A DNA stretch of 63,767 bases, filler included, from an uncultured Synergistales bacterium (GTDB lineage: Bacteria > Synergistota > Synergistia > Synergistales > Aminobacteriaceae): the NCBI GenBank assembly GCA_937897575.1. It is 5 parts of 5 records of this genome, joined end to end, with 100 filler letters (N's around TTAATTAATTAA, not from the genome) between each part and the next. Parts side by side here need not be neighbours in the genome. Positions count along the whole stretch, not along the records: positions 55,690 to 61,065 come from CALCQG010000064.1; positions 61,166 to 63,767 come from CALCQG010000077.1; 3 more parts are not named here. One strand, written 5' to 3'. Below, piece after piece: positions 57,769 through 63,767 of this stretch; position 1 is the stretch's first letter, and every line of letters begins with the position of its first letter. The notes beneath the pieces were generated by a model. That model worked only from the letters and a program-made list of their open reading frames with translations. It was not told the origin of the DNA and ran no database searches. A program made the translations under genes and the position numbers.

Positions 57769-59238
57769 ATGACGAGCCGGCGAAACACAGCGGCGCGATG
57801 GGTGCGGTCTCTTCTGGCCCTCTCCGTCCTGGTCCTGTTCGCGCTGGTCTTCGCGCTCCCGACCCGGCGATGGATCGAGACGAGGATCGTACTGTCGGCG
57901 TCGCAGCTCTCTCCGTCGCTCCTTCGGGGTGGCATTCTCGCCGCGGCGGTGCTTCTGGCGCTTGTCTCCTCCGCGATCGCCGGCCGGGTCTACTGTTCCT
58001 TCCTGTGCCCGCTGGGCACCGGCCAGGAGCTCCTCTGGCGCATCGGCGCCCTGTTCAGGCGGTCGGGGTATATCGCCCCCTGGCGCGTACGGTACGCGGT
58101 CCCCGTCGTCGCGGGACTGGGTCTCCTGTTCGGTTTGCCGCTCCTCATGGCTCTTTCTGACCCCTTCGCCATCTTCGGGAGGGGCGCGCGCGGCGCCGTG
58201 CTCGTGGCGCAGGAGGGGCTTTCAGCGGCGCTCTCCGTCCCGGTCGTGGCCTTTCTCGTCTTCTCCGCAGTCCTGGCGCTCCTCGCTCTCCTGCGGGGGC
58301 GGCGATTCTGCGACTGGTGCCCCGTGGGCATAACCCTGGGCGCCCTGGCGAAGATCGCGCCCCTCGGCGTGCACCTCGACGCCGGTAGGTGCGTCTCCTG
58401 CGGCCGATGTGAACGGGCCTGCCCCATGAACTGCATCCGTGTGGCAGGCAAGGCCATCGAGAGGGATCGGTGCGTCCTCTGCCTGAGCTGCACAGGGGTG
58501 TGCCCTACGGGGGCCATCGCCTACGGATCGGGCGGAGGGGCTGCGACAACGCGTGGCGTCGAACGTCGAAGTTTTTTACGGGAGGCCCTTGGCTTTTTGG
58601 CCGGCGCCGTCTATATTGGCGGCGGAAGCCTGCCCCGATCGGATGCCTTGAGCAGTGTGGTGGAGCGGCGGACCTCCGGGCGTTCCCTCGTCCTTCCGCC
58701 CGGGGCGGGGGACGGACGGCACTTCTTCTCCCGCTGCATCTCCTGCCAGGCCTGCGCATCGGCCTGCCCCGTGCAGATTCTCCAGGCGACGTCCGTGCCC
58801 CAGCCGACGGTGGACTATTCGAAGGGGTACTGCCAGTTCAACTGCACGGAGTGCGGCAGGGTCTGCCCGACAGGCGCCATTCGTTCTCTGACCGTGGACG
58901 AGAAGCACAGAACCCGGATCGCCCTGTCCGAGCTGACCATCGGGAACTGCGTGGTGACGAACAAACACCAGGCCTGCGGCGCCTGCGCGGAGGTGTGCCC
59001 GACTCATGCGCTTCACATGGTGCCCTATGAGGCGTCGGGGCGTCCGGGGCTCACGATCCCCGTCTTCGACGAGGAGTACTGCATAGGCTGCGGCGCCTGC
59101 CGCTTCGTCTGCCCGGCGACGCCCATCGCCTTCGCCATCGCCCCGGTGGGCGAGCAGAGCAGGACGCCCGGCGTGAAGGAGACTCATGGAGGCGACGTTC
59201 CAGCCCTCCCCGGCGGGGACGCCGATTTTCCATTTTAG
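57769..59238 (+). CDS. Membrane polyferredoxin (NapH/NapG-like 4Fe-4S protein)
   Basis: GRVYCSFLCP.G, FCDWCP.G, multiple CxxCxxCxxxCP motifs, internal ERRSFLR. Confidence 0.9.
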   Translation: MTSRRNTAARWVRSLLALSVLVLFALVFALPTRRWIETRIVLSASQLSPSLLRGGILAAAVLLALVSSAIAGRVYCSFLCPLGTGQELLWRIGALFRRSGYIAPWRVRYAVPVVAGLGLLFGLPLLMALSDPFAIFGRGARGAVLVAQEGLSAALSVPVVAFLVFSAVLALLALLRGRRFCDWCPVGITLGALAKIAPLGVHLDAGRCVSCGRCERACPMNCIRVAGKAIERDRCVLCLSCTGVCPTGAIAYGSGGGAATTRGVERRSFLREALGFLAGAVYIGGGSLPRSDALSSVVERRTSGRSLVLPPGAGDGRHFFSRCISCQACASACPVQILQATSVPQPTVDYSKGYCQFNCTECGRVCPTGAIRSLTVDEKHRTRIALSELTIGNCVVTNKHQACGACAEVCPTHALHMVPYEASGRPGLTIPVFDEEYCIGCGACRFVCPATPIAFAIAPVGEQSRTPGVKETHGGDVPALPGGDADFPF

Positions 59239-59256
59239 AGAGGAGGGGTGCACAGC

Positions 59257-59430
59257 ATGAACCTTGGTATGGGCGAGATTGTCCTGTTGATCGTTCTTGC
59301 GCTGCTCCTGTTCGGCGCCAAGAGGCTGCCCGAGGTAGGAAAGTCCGTTGGCGCCGCGATCCGGGAGTTCAAGAGCGCCGTGAACGGTGAGTCGAAGCCG
59401 AAGGATGACAAAAAGGACGGTGGAGCGTAG
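59257..59430 (+). CDS. tatA: Twin-arginine translocase TatA
   Basis: G..EIVLLIVLALLLFGAKRLPEVGKSVG.AIREFK. Confidence 0.92.
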   Translation: MNLGMGEIVLLIVLALLLFGAKRLPEVGKSVGAAIREFKSAVNGESKPKDDKKDGGA

Positions 59431-60181
59431 GGACCTCACGGAGCTGTCCGATGAGGTGGCCCGGTCGGGCCTGATGAGCGGGGAGTGGGAGGAGCACCTC
59501 GAGGAGCTGCGCCGGAGAATCATCGCCGCGCTCTCCGTCTTCTTCGCTGTCTCCCTGCTGGCCTTTCTGCTGTCCGACCGCATCGCGTCTTTTCTGCTGG
59601 CTCCGGTGCACGATCTCGGGCTCACGCTCTACACCTTCGCGCCCCAGGAGAAGTTCATGGCCTACCTCCATCTCGCCGTCTGGGTTGGGATCGTGGTGAC
59701 CCTGCCCTTCGCGCTGCTGCAGCTGGGGCTCTTCCTCTGGCCGGCGTTGCGGCGCAACGAAAAGGGGTACGCCCTGGGTGCCCTCGGTGCGGTGCCCGTG
59801 CTTTTCATCGCCGGGTCGGCCGCCGCGTACGCCTTCATGGCGCCGGTGGTGCTCCGCTTCTTCCTCGCCTTCGCCGGCGGGGACGGCGTCGAACCCCTCT
59901 GGGGGCTGCGTCAGTATCTCGCCATGCTGGCCGGCATCATGCTCGCCTCGGGCGTCCTGCTCCAGATGCCTCTGGCGCTCCTGACCCTCTTCGCGACGGG
60001 GTTGGCAACGCCCAAGGGCGTTGCCCGTTTCAGGCCGCACATCATCCTGCTGATCTTCTTTCTCGCCGCTCTCTGCACCCCGCCCGACGTGGTCTCCCAG
60101 GTCATGGTCGGCATCCCGCTGTACCTGCTCTTCGAGGGTACGCTGCTGGTCGGTCGGTTCATCGCGAGGAGAGGCTCCTAG
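59405..60181 (+). CDS. tatC: Twin-arginine translocase TatC (start uncertain)
   Basis: EHLEELRRR, P.EKF..YL, F..PAL...EK, TPPDVVSQ. Confidence 0.92.
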   Translation: MTKRTVERRDLTELSDEVARSGLMSGEWEEHLEELRRRIIAALSVFFAVSLLAFLLSDRIASFLLAPVHDLGLTLYTFAPQEKFMAYLHLAVWVGIVVTLPFALLQLGLFLWPALRRNEKGYALGALGAVPVLFIAGSAAAYAFMAPVVLRFFLAFAGGDGVEPLWGLRQYLAMLAGIMLASGVLLQMPLALLTLFATGLATPKGVARFRPHIILLIFFLAALCTPPDVVSQVMVGIPLYLLFEGTLLVGRFIARRGS

Positions 60182-60209
60182 CCTCGGCGGACGAAACGGG
60201 CGGAGCGCC

Positions 60210-60238
60210 TTGACTTCCGCCCCGGGACGTTTTACACT
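60210..60238 (+). promoter_or_regulatory. Sigma70 promoter upstream of the riboswitch
   Basis: TTGACT-17 nt-TACACT. Confidence 0.65.
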
Positions 60239-60249
60239 GAGCTCATACG

Positions 60250-60345
60250 AATAGAGTCAGCGGAAGGAGCAGCGCAGGAAGCCGGTGCGAACCCGGCACA
60301 GCCCCGCTACGGTGAAGGGAAACCTGAGTCCGACACTGCCGCTCC
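60250..60345 (+). ncRNA. Cobalamin riboswitch
   Basis: AGGAAGCCGGTGCGAACCCGGCACAGCCCCGCTACGGTGA core and GAGTCCGACACTGCC B12-box-like 3' end; upstream of a TonB receptor. Confidence 0.85.
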
Positions 60346-60395
60346 GACGCGCCGGGAAAATATCCTCGAGGGCGGATGTTTCCTGTTTTTGTTGG

Positions 60396-60430
60396 ATAAA
60401 AGCGCTCTCGCTCGAGAGCGCTTTTATTAT
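60396..60430 (+). terminator. Riboswitch expression-platform terminator
   Basis: ATAAAAGCGCTCTCG/CGAGAGCGCTTTTAT inverted repeat with T-rich tail. Confidence 0.7.
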
Positions 60431-60522
60431 GTCCTTCGGAGAGGAGATGAAGGCAGCCGAACGATCCGTACCAGACGGCCACCCCTTCGGGGGGCGGCGA
60501 TTCCGAAGGAGGAGAGCACCCC

Positions 60523-61065
60523 ATGACATCGTTCAGAACGATCTGCATCGGCCTTTGTTTTCTTATGATCCTGCCCGCGTCGTCCCTGGCGCAGGGAGCA
60601 GAAGATATCCGCGAGTTCGACAGGGTGGAGGTCACGGGGTCCCGTCTGGCCGATACGCTGGAGGACGTGCCCGCACCGGTGTACGTGATCACGGCGAAGG
60701 ACGCGGACCTCTCGGGGGCTCGCAACGTCCAGGAGGTCCTCGACCGTGTTCCAGGGATCGTCGGGCTCGTCAACGGGGCGGCCATGACCCAGGCGAAGGG
60801 GACCACCATCCGCGGACTCACCACGGAGGTGCTCCTTCTCGTGGACGGAGTCCCGGTGATGAACTCGAACTACGGCACGGGGGCGGTGCTCGGAGCTCCC
60901 TTCGACCTCCGGATCATCCCCGTGGGCTCCGTGGACCGTATCGAGGTGGTGAAGGGGGCCTCTTCGGCGCTCTACGGCTCCCACGCCGCCGGAGGCGTCA
61001 TCAACGTGATCACGAAGAAAGGAGCCGACGAGGGGGGCGTCTCCGTCCTCCTCGAGACGGGGAGT
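60523..61065 (+). CDS. TonB-dependent receptor (BtuB-like), N-terminal plug, truncated at contig edge
   Basis: Signal peptide, VEVTGSR TonB box, L..VPG, IRGL, LLVDGVP, RIEVVKGASSALYGS.A.GGVINVITK. Confidence 0.9.
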
Positions 61066-61165
61066 NNNNNNNNNNNNNNNNNNNNNNNNNNNNNNNNNNN
61101 NNNNNNNNNTTAATTAATTAANNNNNNNNNNNNNNNNNNNNNNNNNNNNNNNNNNNNNNNNNNNN
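61066..61165. other. Artificial contig linker
   Basis: N-run + TTAATTAATTAA + N-run. Confidence 0.98.
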
Positions 61166-62719
61166 GAACCGGTCCGTACGGGTGACCATCCAGTTCGTCA
61201 TGTACCCTCCGTAGGAGCCCCCCGTGACGAAGAGCCGATGGGGGTCCACGAAGGGCAGGCGCTCCACGCACCAGTCCGTGAAGGCCGTGAGGTCGTTGTA
61301 GTCCTTCGCGCCGTACTGTCCCCGGATGTCGGAGAAGGCCTCGCCCCGTCCGTCGCTGCCCCGCGGGTTCGTGTAGAGCACGGCGTACCCCCGGGCGGCC
61401 CAGCACTGCATCTCGTGGAAGTACCCGTCGCCGAAGGCGGCCTTGGGCCCGCCGTGGATGTGCAGGATCGCGGGGTACGTCCTCCCCTCCTCGTACCCGA
61501 CGGGTCTCATGACCCACCCGTCGAGGAGCAACCCCTCGCCGTTGTCCACCTGGACGTGCTCGGGCACCGAGAGGTCGAACTCCCCGGCGACGGCGCCGTT
61601 GAAGTCCGTGAGCTGCCGCTCCTCGTCCCCGTCGACGAGGTAGAGCTCCTGAAGCTGCAACCCTTGGAACCCCACGACGGCGATCCTGTCGCCCCGGACA
61701 GCCCAGTTGTCCACGGTGGACAGGTTCGTGCGCTGCCGCACCGCCCCGCCGGAGCGCTCGTACAGATTGCTCCGATACCCCTCCGTCGCACAGTGGAGCA
61801 CGGAGTCGCCGAGGACGGCGAACTGCCCCGCCTGATCGGCCAGGCCGTACCGGCAATCGGACGACGTGGCGTTTTGGAGGCTCGAGTCCAGGTCGGGCGT
61901 CAGACAGTCGAGGGAGCGGTCCTTCAGGACGTGGAACCGCACGTTCTGATTGGCGCCGCCCGCGGCCCTGTCGCACCCCACGGTGAGCACACCGTCGCGG
62001 AAGTACTCCGCCGCCTTGAAGCTGAAGGCGAGCCCCTCGCTGAGGCACGTCACGGCTCCCGAGGCGAGGTCGAGCTCGTACACATGGTTGTGGAGCGGTT
62101 TGACATCCCGGTACTCCGTCCCGACGAGAAGCACCCTCCCCCCGTCGGGGGCGAGGGTGTGGCGCTCCACCTCCATGGCCTCCGGAGTGAGGCGCGTGAA
62201 GGCTCCCGTGGCGCCGTCGAAGAGGCCGAGCCCCGTCCGCCGCTGCCCCACGAACCCCTGGCCGTTGGCCATGAAGGGGAGCTGCTCGAAGACGAAGTAG
62301 TCCGCCCCCTCGGGGTTGTGGGCGGGCGGCTCCCAGACGGCCGTCAGAAGGTACCGGGCGCCGCCGATGGGCGTGACGGCACTGCACTTCTGCGGGACGG
62401 AGAAGAGCGCGCGGGCCTCGCCGCCGTCCAGAGCCAGGGAATAGAAGGACGTGCCCTCCCCCCCTTCGCCCCGGCGGGAGGCGAAGACCAGGGATGCTCC
62501 GCCGTCGTCCCAGGCGAAGAACTGCTCCTCATCGGACGACGTGAGCCGCCGGTTTCTCCCGGCCGTCAGATCGCAGACCCAGATGTTCGAATCGTAGCCG
62601 TTCTTCTCACGGTTCGCCCGGTGGACCATGTAGGCGATCTTCGACCCGTCGGGCGAGAAGGCCGGTCGGGCGAGAAAGTGAAAGCGCAGCAGATCGTCGT
62701 GTCGGACGGGACGTTTCAT
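61166..62719 (-). CDS. S9-family peptidase (acylaminoacyl/dipeptidyl peptidase), 3' end lost at contig edge
   Basis: Propeller FSPDGS, IHGGP, NPRGS.GRG, GGSYGG. Confidence 0.93.
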
Positions 62720-62812
62720 GTGAAACCTCCTTGTGGGATTCCTGTGGTCCTCTCCATTATAGGCGTCCGCGGGCGAAAAAGATGCGCCGATCTCGCACCC
62801 GGCCCTGCAGGT

Positions 62813-63767
62813 CTACGGGGTGCCTCTCCGCCGAACGGCCTTGTCCGACGGCCAGAGGGCGATGCCGGAGAACCCGTAGAACCACCCCGTGAGGGCCGCG
62901 AGGTAGCAAAGGAAGGCCCAGGGGAGGTACGAGACCACGGGCACGCCGAGCAGGGAGGACATGTAGAACCCCGCCGCCGACCAGGGGACGAGGGGGATCA
63001 CGGCGGTCCCCGAGTCGTCGAGGGTCCGGGAGAGCACCCGCCGGGAGATGTTCATTCTGTCCGCCACCGGGGCGTACATGGTGCCGGGGATGATGGAGCA
63101 AAGGTAGGTGTTTCCCGTGAGGAGAGCGACGAGGATGCCGCTCAGGGAGACGGAGAGGACGAACCGCCCCCTGCTCGCCCCAATGAAGCGCTCCGTCAGG
63201 AGCTCGCTGACCCGGCGGAAGGTCCCCGTCACCTCGAGCTGTCCTGCGAAGACGTAGGCCATGCAGACCACGACCACCACGCCGGTGAGGACGATGAACC
63301 CGCCGCGCCCCATAAGCTCGTCCACGGCCGGGACGCCCGTCGTGATCTTCGGCCCCGTCGCCATGGCCCCGAGGATCTCCAGCGGGCCGTAGCCCTGCAT
63401 CACGGCGAAGGGCACGGCCGAGGCGATGGCGAGCCACAGGACGGCCATGGGGGCAACCCGCCGCCACGACAGGACCAGGAGCAGGGCCGGCGGCAACAAC
63501 AGCGCGGGGCTCAGGGTGAAGGTTCCGCCAAGCCCCTCGAGGAGCTGCCTCGAGGCCGCCGGGTCGATGACGCCCTGAGCCCGCCACCCCAGGGCCCCGT
63601 AGAGCGCCAGGCTGACGAAAAACCCCGGCAGGGTCGTCCAGAGCATGGACCGGATGTGATCCACCACGGAGACCCCCGCCACGGCGGCAGTGAGGATCGT
63701 GCTGTCGGACACGGGGCTGATCTTGTCGCCGAAGTAGGAGCCGCCCACGATGGCCCCGGCGGCCACG
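62813..63767 (-). CDS. NhaC-family Na+/H+ antiporter, 5' end outside window
   Basis: GSYFGDKISPVSDST, LSRTLDDSGT...LVPW. Confidence 0.9.
   Translation of the reverse strand, partial: VAAGAIVGGSYFGDKISPVSDSTILTAAVAGVSVVDHIRSMLWTTLPGFFVSLALYGALGWRAQGVIDPAASRQLLEGLGGTFTLSPALLLPPALLLVLSWRRVAPMAVLWLAIASAVPFAVMQGYGPLEILGAMATGPKITTGVPAVDELMGRGGFIVLTGVVVVVCMAYVFAGQLEVTGTFRRVSELLTERFIGASRGRFVLSVSLSGILVALLTGNTYLCSIIPGTMYAPVADRMNISRRVLSRTLDDSGTAVIPLVPWSAAGFYMSSLLGVPVVSYLPWAFLCYLAALTGWFYGFSGIALWPSDKAVRRRGTP

Overview
This window is five draft contigs joined by artificial 100-nt N/TTAATTAATTAA linkers, so adjacency across linkers has no biological meaning. (1) 1-10624: siphovirus-type prophage tail module with a G/GT-type -1 frameshift, tape measure, tail tip and fibre genes. 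(2) 10725-30459: GC-rich housekeeping DNA of a diderm bacterium, Synergistota-like by inference (ychF, tyrS, phosphomannomutase, lipid A acyltransferase, amino-acid ABC transporter, two-component system). (3) 30560-55589: one arm of a prophage-like integrative element. Its leftward replication module has a sigma-like factor, DUF2800, DUF2815, family A DNA polymerase, antirepressor, primase, VRR-NUC and a truncated SNF2 helicase. Its rightward ~13.6-kb defence operon encodes an NBR1-Ig protein, a small HTH protein, type I R-M, Hachiman-like HamA/HamB and GmrSD with an extra C-terminal domain. The element ends at a junction inside an amino-acid permease gene. (4) 55690-61065: ECF S component, fluoride exporter, DUF362/polyferredoxin/tatAC, cobalamin riboswitch and TonB receptor. 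(5) 61166-63767: S9 peptidase and NhaC-family antiporter. The best candidates for novelty are in contig 3: a HamA lacking the E-x-K nuclease motif, translationally coupled through HamB to a GmrSD-EVE-like nuclease; three terminator-promoter modules with an invariant CGCTCAAA-N14-CCAGTGG motif; a structured attenuator-like leader ahead of the sigma gene; and a five-copy CAGGTAC array ahead of the defence operon. All family assignments are by motif recognition only; no searches were run.
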